Part shown: piece after piece, positions 18,425 to 28,293 of the stretch | Numbering within the stretch: position 1 is the stretch's first letter | How the letters are laid out: every line of letters begins with the position of its first letter | Assembly: GCA_963845145.1 (NCBI GenBank) | Contig: CAWJQU010000005.1 | Span: 448,001-512,000, forward strand | Length of the DNA: 64,000 bases | Source of the DNA: an uncultured delta proteobacterium | GTDB taxonomy: Bacteria; Desulfobacterota; Desulfobacteria; Desulfobacterales; QNYZ01 | Direction: 5' to 3' | Program-made: the position numbers and the translations under genes | The notes under the pieces: model-generated | What the model was told of the DNA's origin: nothing | What the model saw: the letters and a program-made list of their open reading frames with translations, nothing else | The model's database searches: none

Positions 18425-19542
18425 TGACATGCGATCACCGCTCTTCTAACCGCATCAGCGACAAATTTAAGCTCTTCACTAACCGATACATTGGTGTCCT
18501 GATATCGGTCCGGCAAGACCCCATAGGTGTATGTTTCCGTCTCAATATGGGTCGTGCTTTGCAGCGCCTGTTGAAAAAAATCATCCGTTAACAATGACGC
18601 CGTAGAGCCCACTCGGGTGCCGGGGGCCTTGAAATGAAGCGGAACGTGAAAATGAACCCGCCATTGCCCGCCGGATCGGGCCGTCAACGCTTCAGGAAGG
18701 TCGGGAAATGGGGAAACCTTTTTATTTTCCGCCAGAATACGTGTTTGGTGTAAATAGACACCATCATTAAAACGGGCCAGATAGTCCAAATCTTTACGGG
18801 TTGGATGCACAACCGACAAGGCCGCGCTGACCTGAATTTTCGGCACATGGATACCGGCCTGTTTCAACTTTTGCAAAGATACGACCGGATTTTCAAACTG
18901 CATGGCCGAATGGCAAACATCCAAGCAAATACCCAGATAGCGATCCACCAGGGGCCGGTTCAACAAACGTAACTGTTCGAAAAAATCAATACATTCATCC
19001 ACCCGCTCAAGATAACAATCCGGCTCAGGTTCAAGTGCCAGACGGATCAACCGGCCGGTTTTTGCTTCGATTTCTTCAAAGGCCGATAGCACCGCCACCA
19101 AATTGGCAGGTGCCTTTGGTGGACATTGTTTTCCATAGACCACCGGCACGGTGCTAATGGAGCCGTCGATGCCGTCGGGCAACAGATTAGCCAGGATATG
19201 GGCCACATCGATGGTGTAGTCCACACGCGCCTTTGAAGACCAGTCGGGCAGATAAACTTTTTCTTTAACCGGCGGGGTGTGAAAATCGCCAAATGGAAAC
19301 GCATTGACCGTAAACGCATATATTTGTTGGTCGGTCAGCCGTTTTTTTAGTTTTTCGGGTTGTTGTCGAAACGCCTGAGCCGCTTTGGCAGGTAGCCAGA
19401 GGCCAATTCCCATATCAGCAGCCGGACAAACCATGGATTTAACCTGTGGGCATTGACGGGTGATATGATCGGCAATGGCATCGGCTGTCTCGCCGGGATA
19501 GATATTCAAACAATAGCCGATGTGGGTGTTGGCAATCCGCAT
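18421..19542 (-). CDS. eboE: Metabolite traffic protein EboE (xylose-isomerase-like TIM barrel)
   Basis: GYCLNIYPGE, TVNAFPFGDFH, VKEKVYLPDW, LALEPEPDC, WRVHFHVPL, ETETYT. Confidence 0.88.
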   Translation of the reverse strand: MRIANTHIGYCLNIYPGETADAIADHITRQCPQVKSMVCPAADMGIGLWLPAKAAQAFRQQPEKLKKRLTDQQIYAFTVNAFPFGDFHTPPVKEKVYLPDWSSKARVDYTIDVAHILANLLPDGIDGSISTVPVVYGKQCPPKAPANLVAVLSAFEEIEAKTGRLIRLALEPEPDCYLERVDECIDFFEQLRLLNRPLVDRYLGICLDVCHSAMQFENPVVSLQKLKQAGIHVPKIQVSAALSVVHPTRKDLDYLARFNDGVYLHQTRILAENKKVSPFPDLPEALTARSGGQWRVHFHVPLHFKAPGTRVGSTASLLTDDFFQQALQSTTHIETETYTYGVLPDRYQDTNVSVSEELKFVADAVRRAVIACQ

Positions 19543-19626
19543 GATTTCAATTATACCTGATTTAATTCTACAGAATCTATACATTTACAACAGAGAATCA
19601 ACTCTTCAACAGGAGCCTGACGAGCC

Positions 19627-19995
19627 ATGTCTAAATATAGCAAGGCAAAAGTGACGCGACTATCAGACTTATCCGCTTTTTGCCCTCCCAAACATACCCG
19701 AACCGATTCATTTACCATGGTCGGTGAAGAAACCGGCGCACAAAATTTTGTTTTATTCAACGTTGAAATTCACCCGGGTGGGGAAGCGGAATTGGATACG
19801 CACCCTGGACGTGAGCATTGCTACCTTGTTTTGTCCGGCATCGGCAATGCTGTCGTGGATAACGAGAAATTTAAACTCAAACCCGGCGATTGCCTGTGGA
19901 TACCGCCCGGCGCGGAGCACGGTATCAAACCAGCCGGCGATAAGACCCTGCGCTTTATTGTGGTGACGTCCCCACCACCCTGGGTGGACGTGTAG
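19627..19995 (+). CDS. Cupin-domain protein
   Basis: H..REH.Y.VLSG.G...PGD..WIPPGAEH. Confidence 0.88.
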   Translation: MSKYSKAKVTRLSDLSAFCPPKHTRTDSFTMVGEETGAQNFVLFNVEIHPGGEAELDTHPGREHCYLVLSGIGNAVVDNEKFKLKPGDCLWIPPGAEHGIKPAGDKTLRFIVVTSPPPWVDV

Positions 19996-20046
19996 AACAT
20001 TAAACCCATTTGCCGGCACTACATCACCGGCTCTAAATCGCCTGCC

Positions 20047-20529
20047 CTAAATCGATAAATCAACCCAGCGGCCATCCGTGAGCGATTCGATATCATGAGG
20101 GTTTAGCTGAAATACGGCAAAAGGCGTGCCCGCCGCAGCCCAAATGACATCATAATTTTTTAATTCCGGATCCAGGACGGTTTTTAACGGCGAAATGTGA
20201 CCCACAGGCGGCACGCCGCCAATGGCGTACCCCACTTTTTCTTTCACATAGGCCCCATCGGCCTTACCCAGTTTAAAACCAGTGGCCGCCTCGACCTTTT
20301 TAACGTCAACCCGATTCGACCCCGAAGCAATCACAAGTATGGGCTCACCGCTTTTTTTCTCTTTGAACACCAACGATTTGGCGATTTGAGACACATCACA
20401 GCCAATGCTGTCTGCCGCCTCCTGCGCTGTCCTGGTAGAGCTTTTCAGCTCTTTAACCTCAAAGGCAAACCCTCTTTCATTGAGAAAATCCTGTACGCGT
20501 TTGGCGCTCTCTCTTAAGTTTGAGGCCAT
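20047..20529 (-). CDS. YbaK/EbsC-family aminoacyl-tRNA deacylase
   Basis: TRTAQEAA, QIAKSLVF, GYAIGGVPPVGH, WAAAG. Confidence 0.9.
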   Translation of the reverse strand: MASNLRESAKRVQDFLNERGFAFEVKELKSSTRTAQEAADSIGCDVSQIAKSLVFKEKKSGEPILVIASGSNRVDVKKVEAATGFKLGKADGAYVKEKVGYAIGGVPPVGHISPLKTVLDPELKNYDVIWAAAGTPFAVFQLNPHDIESLTDGRWVDLSI

Positions 20530-20735
20530 TGTTTTATTCCCTTGTTTTAATTTCTTGGTATATTGCTTTCGTTGTTCCTTTCAATAACCACGCCGATAAT
20601 GTCATTGTCAAGCCGACGATTATCGATTATCTTGTCGGGTACATATGAAACGCGAATCAAATCCCGGCACGTGTAATATGATCCGCCATGGTTAGTAACG
20701 TTATCGGGTACCACTAATGTCATTGGAATTTTAAT

Positions 20736-21095
20736 ATGAAAGAACCCGCAGGTCACAATTTTAAGGCCCTTAAGGAAGTTTGCAATCGGATCGTCATGAA
20801 GCACGCCGACGCCATCGGGATGGCCACCATTGAATTGGATTGTGGCTGCATAAACGTCTGTGGCGTATCATTTAAGGGCGAACCGGTGGGCGAAATGATG
20901 AGCATCCCTGCCCATCAGAAGCCTGAAAATGACAATCAGCTGGTTTGCTTCAAATGTTTAGAGAAGAAAAGTGAAATGAAAGATAGAATTATCAACCAGG
21001 GTTTAATCTGGCCGGGGGATGCCGATGAAATGCCCGCCGAAGAAATCAGGCTTATTATAGGCCAGGAAGTGTTTGGGCCGGACTACTCGGAATAA
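20736..21095 (+). CDS. Hypothetical Cys-containing protein
   Basis: 119 aa with LDCGCINVCG and VCFKC; fills the gap between two genes. Confidence 0.65.
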   Translation: MKEPAGHNFKALKEVCNRIVMKHADAIGMATIELDCGCINVCGVSFKGEPVGEMMSIPAHQKPENDNQLVCFKCLEKKSEMKDRIINQGLIWPGDADEMPAEEIRLIIGQEVFGPDYSE

Positions 21096-21239
21096 AGTTT
21101 CGTTTTATTCATTGCGGGCGATAGGCCAACGGACCAATGTTAAAGCCATGCCTTGGATACCGTTGCTTCTATTCGGGAATTAGCGCCAAGAGCGTTGATA
21201 TGTATCGCCTGATATGTCGACTACACCCTGTTGTCGGCT

Positions 21240-21614
21240 TCAATCGTTCTTCACTCGATCGTTAGTCCCACTGATCCACTCCCAAGCCTGATTGAATTCC
21301 GTTTTGTCATAGTAGTCGATCCTGATTTTTGCAAATAGCCCAAAAAGGGCAACCCAGGTCTTTTTCCAGGTTTTATCACAAACGACCGCTGTTTTTTCGA
21401 TATGGTCGGCGTATACCTTTAAAAACCTCAGATCGTCATATAGTGATTCGGCACTGTTTAGCGATGCGTAATGGTCAACGACGAGGAAAACCCGAATTTT
21501 CTCAAATTTTGATATTTGTTCATCAAAAATATGGGTGATTTTTTTATACGCTTTTTCCGTTACTTCGGTCTCTATTTTCAGGGCGATTATATTTTTCGAT
21601 TTCGTTATCACCAT
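21240..21614 (-). CDS. STAS/SEC14 (SpoIIAA-like) domain protein
   Basis: DDLRF...KTAVV...IDYY...QAWEWI pattern. Confidence 0.8.
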   Translation of the reverse strand: MVITKSKNIIALKIETEVTEKAYKKITHIFDEQISKFEKIRVFLVVDHYASLNSAESLYDDLRFLKVYADHIEKTAVVCDKTWKKTWVALFGLFAKIRIDYYDKTEFNQAWEWISGTNDRVKND

Positions 21615-21872
21615 TTGAGTTTACCCCCCTTCTAAGAAAATCAATGATAACCCTGACGTTGCATAAAGTGAAGAATGACACAAAGCCATTGCGTTTAAAA
21701 CCTCACTTACAACTAAGGTATCCGAAAACAACGCTTTGGCGGAGCTTTTTGTTCAGGGTGTAAACCAGATCGGGGTTACCAGCGTCTAAAAAGATAATTA
21801 GAATATTGATGTCATGTGCCTTTTCATATAAAGGCAGGTACGAATAAATACAACCTAAACGGAAGGATCCTC

Positions 21873-23255
21873 ATGAAAAGCATGTATCGGACTTTATTAC
21901 TGCTTCTATTTACGGCACTCGTTGGATTGCCATCCTTAGCGACAGCAGCCACCTATGGTTCCGCCATGTATGCCTGGGAACGGGGTGATTTTAAGACGGC
22001 TTTTCGGGAGTTTACCGATTTGTCACGAGGCAATGACCCCTCTGCCCAATATATGTTAGGAAAAATGTATGCTGACGCCCAAGGCACCCGCCAAGATTAC
22101 ATTATGGCTTATGTGTGGCTGCACCTTTCAGAATCAGCCGGCAACCATCAGGCCGGTCAATTAAAATCAAAAATAAGACAAAGAATGTCTCGCAGCCAAC
22201 AAGCCAGAGCCATGGATGTGGTTAACAAATGGCAACAACCCACCAACAACACGCCCCAACCGCCTGAATATCTGGAACCCATGATCGTTCGCAGGGTTCA
22301 GCAAGCATTGAAGGATTTACGGTATTTTCATGATCGAGTTGATGGCATTCCCGGACGCAAAACACGCGACGCTATTCATTGGTACCAGCAAGATCAGGGA
22401 ATGGTGGCAGATGGCCGCATCAGTGATCTACTGCTTGATCGTTTGGGCATTGAGCCCCCATCAGATGACATCTCGGAGCTGGCCCGGCTGCAAAAAAAAT
22501 TACGCAAACTCATACGCAAAGCAAAAAAACGTAATGCGGCCGAACCCTGGCTCATTGAAAAACTTGAAAAGTTGGCCAATGTCAAAAACAATCCCTGGCC
22601 CCATCAGGTTTTGCGTGAAGACTTTCTGTCCAAAAGCTATAAAAGAGGTGACGGATGGCAGACCGTTGCCGGTAATGTCTGGCACGAACAGGGAAAAGGA
22701 TTGATTTGCAAATCGGTAAACAGCTGGAAAAAGTCAACCGTTGAGCGCGAAAGCGCGGGAGCTATCTTGAAGGGAAAAGGGCCGTTAGATATGCAGCGTC
22801 TAATTTCCAATGGCCGGTTCGTAAAAATACAAAACAACATCCGTTTCAGCAACGCATTCGCCCTTAAAGTTGAAACAGATACACTAAACGAGACCGATGG
22901 CCTTATCCTCACTTCTCACCTAAATGGCAAACCGCATACAGGCTATCGGCTTGTTTTCCAACCAGGCCATCGGGATCTGGTCAAACTGTTCAAAGTGAGT
23001 CCTGAAGCGCGTACCGAAATCCAGACCCGTCCAAGTCGTTTGAACCTTGAAAATAGCGGCCCGCATGTATTTGAATGGACACGCTCTTTGGATGGAAGAA
23101 TGACGGTGTCAGTCGATGGGCAAAGGCTCTTCGAAGTTCACGATAATAGCATTACCGAACCTTTCCAAAACATAGGCATTGCCCATATGGGTGGTCAGGT
23201 TATTTTACGAGACATACAGCTTTATGATGACGCCAATTCCGGCCGACGACTTTAA
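21873..23255 (+). CDS. Secreted protein: Sel1 repeat, peptidoglycan-binding domain and C-terminal beta-rich domain
   Basis: Signal peptide after GGAAGG RBS; AQYMLGKMY..AQG..QDY..AY.W (Sel1); VQQAL..L.Y...VDGIPG.KT..AI..YQ...G...DG (PG binding). Confidence 0.78.
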   Translation: MKSMYRTLLLLLFTALVGLPSLATAATYGSAMYAWERGDFKTAFREFTDLSRGNDPSAQYMLGKMYADAQGTRQDYIMAYVWLHLSESAGNHQAGQLKSKIRQRMSRSQQARAMDVVNKWQQPTNNTPQPPEYLEPMIVRRVQQALKDLRYFHDRVDGIPGRKTRDAIHWYQQDQGMVADGRISDLLLDRLGIEPPSDDISELARLQKKLRKLIRKAKKRNAAEPWLIEKLEKLANVKNNPWPHQVLREDFLSKSYKRGDGWQTVAGNVWHEQGKGLICKSVNSWKKSTVERESAGAILKGKGPLDMQRLISNGRFVKIQNNIRFSNAFALKVETDTLNETDGLILTSHLNGKPHTGYRLVFQPGHRDLVKLFKVSPEARTEIQTRPSRLNLENSGPHVFEWTRSLDGRMTVSVDGQRLFEVHDNSITEPFQNIGIAHMGGQVILRDIQLYDDANSGRRL

Positions 23256-23292
23256 AAAAAGTAACGAGGCAATTGTTATCGCTGCTGTTTGG

Positions 23293-23955
23293 TTAAGTGT
23301 TCTCCAGTTGCGAAATAAATTTGTTGGAGTTTTTAATGGCTTTATCCATTTTTTTGATAAGAACGCTGATATCTTTTTCAAGAGATGAAAACTCAGACTG
23401 TAACGAACCGATAGCCTGAGCATTAAGGTTATGTTTTAGGAATAAAACATTATCCCTGAATGTTATCAGAATAGGCGCCATACTTTTTTCAGCGACATGC
23501 ATAGAGGCGAGCATTTCTTTGTACCGCGATTTCGTTTTGTGCAGTTGTTTTTTACTGGCGTCTCGCAGGCTCTTGTTCGTGTATATTTTCAGTTCTTTTT
23601 CCCATTCGTCGAATAGGGCGCCGGATACTTTTTCGACCTTGTCTATTCGGTCAGATACTTCCTCGCTCGCCCTTTCACAATCGGTGTATTCGGCGTTTAA
23701 CGTCGTATATGCCTTTTTTAGATTTGTATCTTTGAGCGCTACCATTGAGCCAAACTGTTCTAACGCCGATTTGAACTGCTTCTGTGCCTGTGTTTGGGCA
23801 TCTCTTGCCCCTTCAACCCGGTCGACCAAAATATCCCGTTTATGAATCCCGACTTTTTCCATGGCTGAATAATATGTTTTGGAACAGCCCATCACAAGGA
23901 AAACAAAAAGCAACAGAAAAAAGAGTGTGTGAATCGTTTGTTTTGGATACCGCAT
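23293..23955 (-). CDS. DUF2959-family lipoprotein
   Basis: Lipobox VMGC; YYSAMEKVGIHKRDILVDRVE; DNVLFLKHNLNAQAIGSL. Confidence 0.85.
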   Translation of the reverse strand: MRYPKQTIHTLFFLLLFVFLVMGCSKTYYSAMEKVGIHKRDILVDRVEGARDAQTQAQKQFKSALEQFGSMVALKDTNLKKAYTTLNAEYTDCERASEEVSDRIDKVEKVSGALFDEWEKELKIYTNKSLRDASKKQLHKTKSRYKEMLASMHVAEKSMAPILITFRDNVLFLKHNLNAQAIGSLQSEFSSLEKDISVLIKKMDKAIKNSNKFISQLENT

Positions 23956-24104
23956 TATTTTCCTCCACTATGGCGTGTATTTTTTACTTTAAAAAAAAGG
24001 ATCTATTGGTTAGGCAACGATTGCACTTCATTTCTTGAGAGGATGGTCGAAACAATTCTTCTCCTCGCCGTTTACAATGATCATTTTTTCCATTTCAAAA
24101 TAGG

Positions 24105-24900
24105 CTAGAGCAAACCCCGATAATTTCCACCGTCAACCAATAAATTCTGGCCGGTAATATACCGAGCCTGCACACTTGCCAGGAAAGCAGCGGCCGCTCC
24201 AAAATCAGAAGGATCGCCGATAGTATGACTGGGGTTCGCCGACATCATCTCCTGGATGATCTCCTCGGGTGGGCTTATTTTCCTGTTCAGCACGATGCTG
24301 CGCCAATTGATCAATCCGTGATGTCTTATGGGTACCTGGCAGCAGTGCATTTACCGTGATACCATCTGGCGCCAATTCGGTTGCAATCGTTTTCAAAAAA
24401 CCTGTCAATCCGGCCCGTGCCATATTGGACAGCAACAGTGTGCCGATAGGTTGTTTAACCGATATTGAGGTGATGGCAATAATTCGGCCCCAACCTTTGG
24501 TCTTCATCGCCGGTGTTACGCCATGAATCAGATTCACGGCACTCATTAGGGTGAGATTCAGGGCCTTTTCGTATTCCTCCAAAGCGGTACTGGCGAATGT
24601 TCCCGGTGGCGGTCCGCCGGCATTGGTCACCAGAATTTCCGGTTCTCCCAGAGATTGTCTGACTTCTTCAAGCAGGTGGTTAATATCTTCAGCCTTGCTC
24701 ATATCGGCACCAAATCCCTAAAACTTCCGATTCCGGTTTTTGCTGAAATTTCTTCGGCGGCCTGTTTTGCTTCGGCCCCATCACGGGAGCAGATGGCGAC
24801 CCGGCACTTTTCAGCGGCGAGCTGTTCTGCGCAACCTCGGCCCAATCCCCGGCTTGCAGCCGTTACCAGGGCAATTTTATATCTCTATTCCAAGATTCAT
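24105..24900 (-). pseudogene. SDR-family oxidoreductase broken by about four single-base insertions (pseudogene or assembly error)
   Basis: Fragments MNLGIE / KIALVTAASRGLG / NAGGPPPG...LSNMARAGL / EEIIQE...YITGQNLLVDGG lie in different frames; shifts near 24880, 24715-24735 and 24270. Confidence 0.75.
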
Positions 24901-25025
24901 TTTGGCACCCCCTTAGCTATCGAAGATATACATGATTCTGCGGTTTCTAAATAAAAGACTTCTTAAATCACCTTTTTTATTCCTTGGCCATACATGAAAT
25001 TCTCGTGTACGGTCTTCACACCTTA

Positions 25026-26224
25026 TCATTTTTTTCTTACTTTCATCACCCGTTTGACCAACCAGATCATCGGTTTGGTTAAAAAGCCCTCCATATCCTC
25101 TTTCACATCATTCAATAGATCAGGTATGGGAAGGTGTTGGGGACATTTTTCCAGACATTTTTCGCATTGGACACACAGGGATGCAAGGGCCGGCTTATCG
25201 GTGGTAATACCGCCATTGAAGAAGTATACATCAATTTTGCCGTTTTGTCCTTGAACGCATGTCTGGAATTGTACCATTCAAAACAGCTTGGGATGTTCAC
25301 ACCGGCCGGGCATGGCATGCAATACTGGCATCCGGTGCACCCCACCCGCATCACCTGTCTAAATTCAGCTGCCGCTTCCTCGACCAGATTCAACTCTTTT
25401 TCCGAAAAGGCATTCGGCACCGCTTTTTCAGCAAGCGCCAAATTTTCGTTGATGTGCTCGTCATTGTTCATCCCGGAAAGCACAACAGTGACCTCAGGGT
25501 GATTCCAGATCCATCCCAGGGACCAAGCGGCGGGAGTCATTTTATGATCGGCTTTGGCCCAGATATCCTGTACCGACGGTGGTGGTGATTTGGCCAGGTT
25601 TCCACCCCGCAGCGGTTCCATGATGATTACGGCCATATTTTTTGATGCCGCATATTGCAAACCAGCCGTCCCGGCCTGATTTTGGGTGTCGAGAAAATTG
25701 TATTGAATCTGACAAAACGTCCAGTCATAGTCATCCACAATGGGATTAAAATCTTCGGATAACCCATGAAATGAGAAGCCGGCATTGATGATTTTTCCCT
25801 TTTTCAAGGCATCATCAATAAATTCAATGACGCCATGTTGTTTGGCCGTTTCCCACGACTCACCGTTTAGGGTATGGACCAGGTAGTAGTCGATGCGGTC
25901 GGTTTTCAGCTTGGATAACTGTTCATCCAGAAGTTTATCCATTTCTTCTTTGGACCGAGCCATCCAATGGGGAAGTTTGGTGGCGATCTTTACACGATCC
26001 CGGCAATTGTTTTCTAATAGCACTTTACCAAGAAACGGCTCACTTTTCCTGTTATGATAAGTATAAGCCGTGTCAAAATAGTTGACCCCCTGGTCCACGG
26101 CAAACAGGATCTGCTTTTCAGCAAGTTTTTCATTGATGGACTGGCCCCTCCCCGGCAAACGCATGCATCCATAACCCAGGGCCGAAAGTTTGTCCCCATT
26201 TTTAGGTACTTCGCGATAAAGCAT
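25026..26224 (-). CDS. Aldo/keto reductase with C-terminal 4Fe-4S dicluster domain; 1-nt frameshift near 25226
   Basis: LGYGCMRLP, YFDTAYTYH, CTGCQYCMPCP; second motif CVQCEKCLEKCPQHL is in ORF 25026-25277. Confidence 0.85.
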
Positions 26225-26306
26225 CGCACGTCTCCTTTACTATTTTCTTATTCAAATATCTGCAGCTCAAGTTAAATGAAACCGGTCTGCAGGTACTGAT
26301 GTCGTG

Positions 26307-27371
26307 TTAGATAATTCGGGTCTCACCGACTTTCATTATGCTCGCACGATCATTGCTGATGCCATTTTTTTCCGCAAATTCCCTGTATCTTTCAATGGGT
26401 TCCCAGGGCGGTTCGTCCGTTAGGGCAATCGTCCCCCAATGGGAGGGTATAATCAGGTCGGCCTTGACATCATTGGCCACCTGAATCGCCTCTTCAGGAT
26501 TCGTGTGCACCGGCTTCATGACGTTGGCAGGGTCATAGGCCCCAATAGGAACGATGGCCAGATCGAAGGTGCGGAATAGTTTTCCGATTTGCTTGAAAAG
26601 CGTGGGAGAATACGCGGTGTCTCCTGCAAAATAAAGATTGTTATCGTCTGACTGAATAGCCCATGAGCACCACAATGTCTCATTGCGGTCACCCAGACCG
26701 CGACCGGAAAAATGAACCGCCGGCAGGGCAGTCAGCCGTATCCCGCCCATCTCAAGGGACTGATGCCAGTCCAGTTCCCGGACATTCCGATAACCTCTCT
26801 TGGTAAAGAAGGGCTTTAACCCCAGAGGCACAAACACGGTGATTTTTTCCTTTCCGGGCATGGCTTCAATGGCTTTTGCATCGAGGTGGTCGTAATGATT
26901 GTGGGAAATGACCAACCCTTCGATCGGCGGGAGATTTTTCAAGGGTATTCCCGGTGGCACGAAGCGCTCAGGACCGATTGGAAGCGGGCTGGCAAGTTTG
27001 CTGAAAAAGGGGTCGAGCAGAAAATGCTTGCGTTCCAGTCTTAAGAGATACGTCGAGTGCCCGATCCAGGTAATGGCTGAAGCGGCGGCGCATTGATCGA
27101 GTGCCGATATTGCCAGAGGCTCTTCGATGATGTGGTCCCGGGGAATTTTCGGATTATTGTACAACTCTTTGATTCTTCTCATCAGAAAAGAGAATCCAGG
27201 TGTTTTCGGTTCCGGCGCTATCGGATAATTGCGAAACCCTTTTGTAAGGTGATGCATAGGATTGCCATCCACGACTACTTCCTTGGGGGCACAGCCGAGC
27301 GCTAACTGAAGCGCTGCGGCCGTGCTCAATTGTATGAATTGTCTGCGAGTACAGTCGTTCATTTTTTTCAA
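26307..27371 (-). CDS. Metallo-beta-lactamase-fold hydrolase (NAPE-PLD/RomA-like) with Tat lipoprotein signal
   Basis: TRRQFI...ALGC; ISHNHYDHLD; AGDT; PIGAY; HWGT. Confidence 0.88.
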   Translation of the reverse strand: MKKMNDCTRRQFIQLSTAAALQLALGCAPKEVVVDGNPMHHLTKGFRNYPIAPEPKTPGFSFLMRRIKELYNNPKIPRDHIIEEPLAISALDQCAAASAITWIGHSTYLLRLERKHFLLDPFFSKLASPLPIGPERFVPPGIPLKNLPPIEGLVISHNHYDHLDAKAIEAMPGKEKITVFVPLGLKPFFTKRGYRNVRELDWHQSLEMGGIRLTALPAVHFSGRGLGDRNETLWCSWAIQSDDNNLYFAGDTAYSPTLFKQIGKLFRTFDLAIVPIGAYDPANVMKPVHTNPEEAIQVANDVKADLIIPSHWGTIALTDEPPWEPIERYREFAEKNGISNDRASIMKVGETRII

Positions 27372-27504
27372 CGATTCGCTTTCAGGGTTATCAAGGAGAT
27401 CTCGTTAGGCGAAGCTGGCTTCAATTCGTTGTTTTGATAATTGCATTGCTTTTTTCATATAGCCTTTCCAAAGGACATTTGTAATGAAATAGAGAACCGG
27501 GATA

Positions 27505-27527
27505 AATAACCGAATGTTCGTTTTAAT
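27505..27527. promoter_or_regulatory. Putative TetR operator, copy 2, upstream of the hydrolase/reductase genes
   Basis: AATAACCGAATGTTCGTTTTAAT matches the reverse complement of 28130-28152 at 19 of 23 positions. Confidence 0.55.
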
Positions 27528-27548
27528 TGTGGGTAAAATTTTTGCCCA

Positions 27549-28121
27549 TTAAAGTTTGATGGCATCCCATGCCATGGTGAAAGCCAATTCCAATTTTTCT
27601 TGATCCATTTCCAATCCGTGGCACAATCGTGGATTGGCAAGCCGGGAAATCGGATTGAACAGAAAGGCGGACAGAATGTTCATATCCACGTTCTTGATAA
27701 TCTTCTGATCAATTCCCTTGATAAGCACATTGATAAGGGGAAGATATTCCCTTTCCAGAGCTTCCTTGTCCACCAGCGAACTATATGGAGAATTGGCAAA
27801 CTGTTCGCAATAATCGTAAGATTTCAAGTTACTGGATACAAAGCTAAATACACTGAACCAGGCGCTTTTAATTATATCACGAATCGGCAAGCTGTCGTCA
27901 AAATCGGCAAGGAGTGCATCGGCCAGGTTGTGCTTTATTTCCAAGTAGACCGATACCAACAGATCCTCCTTATTTTTAAAGAACACATATATGGTCGAAG
28001 GGGAAACATTCGCTTCCTTCGCAATTTTCGATACGGAACTGGAAGCGAATCCTATTTTATTGACGAGTTTGACAGTTGCCTTAAACAAGGCCTCTTTTTT
28101 TTGATCATCCTTGATTCTCAT
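27549..28121 (-). CDS. TetR/AcrR-family transcriptional regulator
   Basis: N-terminal HTH SVSKIAKEANVSPSTIYVFFKNKEDL. Confidence 0.92.
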   Translation of the reverse strand: MRIKDDQKKEALFKATVKLVNKIGFASSSVSKIAKEANVSPSTIYVFFKNKEDLLVSVYLEIKHNLADALLADFDDSLPIRDIIKSAWFSVFSFVSSNLKSYDYCEQFANSPYSSLVDKEALEREYLPLINVLIKGIDQKIIKNVDMNILSAFLFNPISRLANPRLCHGLEMDQEKLELAFTMAWDAIKL

Positions 28122-28156
28122 AAAATCTTAATAAAACGTTCATTCGTTTATTGTCA
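28122..28156 (-). promoter_or_regulatory. tetR promoter (TTGACA...TATTAA, probably leaderless) overlapping a palindromic operator at 28130-28152
   Basis: Minus strand TTGACAATAAACGAATGAACGTTTTATTAAGATTTTATG; AAACG-N6-CGTTT inverted repeat; no SD before the ATG. Confidence 0.55.
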
Positions 28157-28293
28157 ATGGGTTTTTTATTCTTGGGGTTTTTTATTCTTGAAAAATAGCT
28201 TATATGCTATGATAAAATGAAAATTATTTCCTTTGGTAATGGTATCCCCGATTTATATTCGTCGATGGCATAACCGGAGACCCAACCCTCTCA

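Noticed and set aside
21615..21872. Riboswitch (e.g. c-di-GMP) in the divergent intergenic region
   Set aside because: No recognisable consensus on either strand by eye; an Rfam search would be needed.
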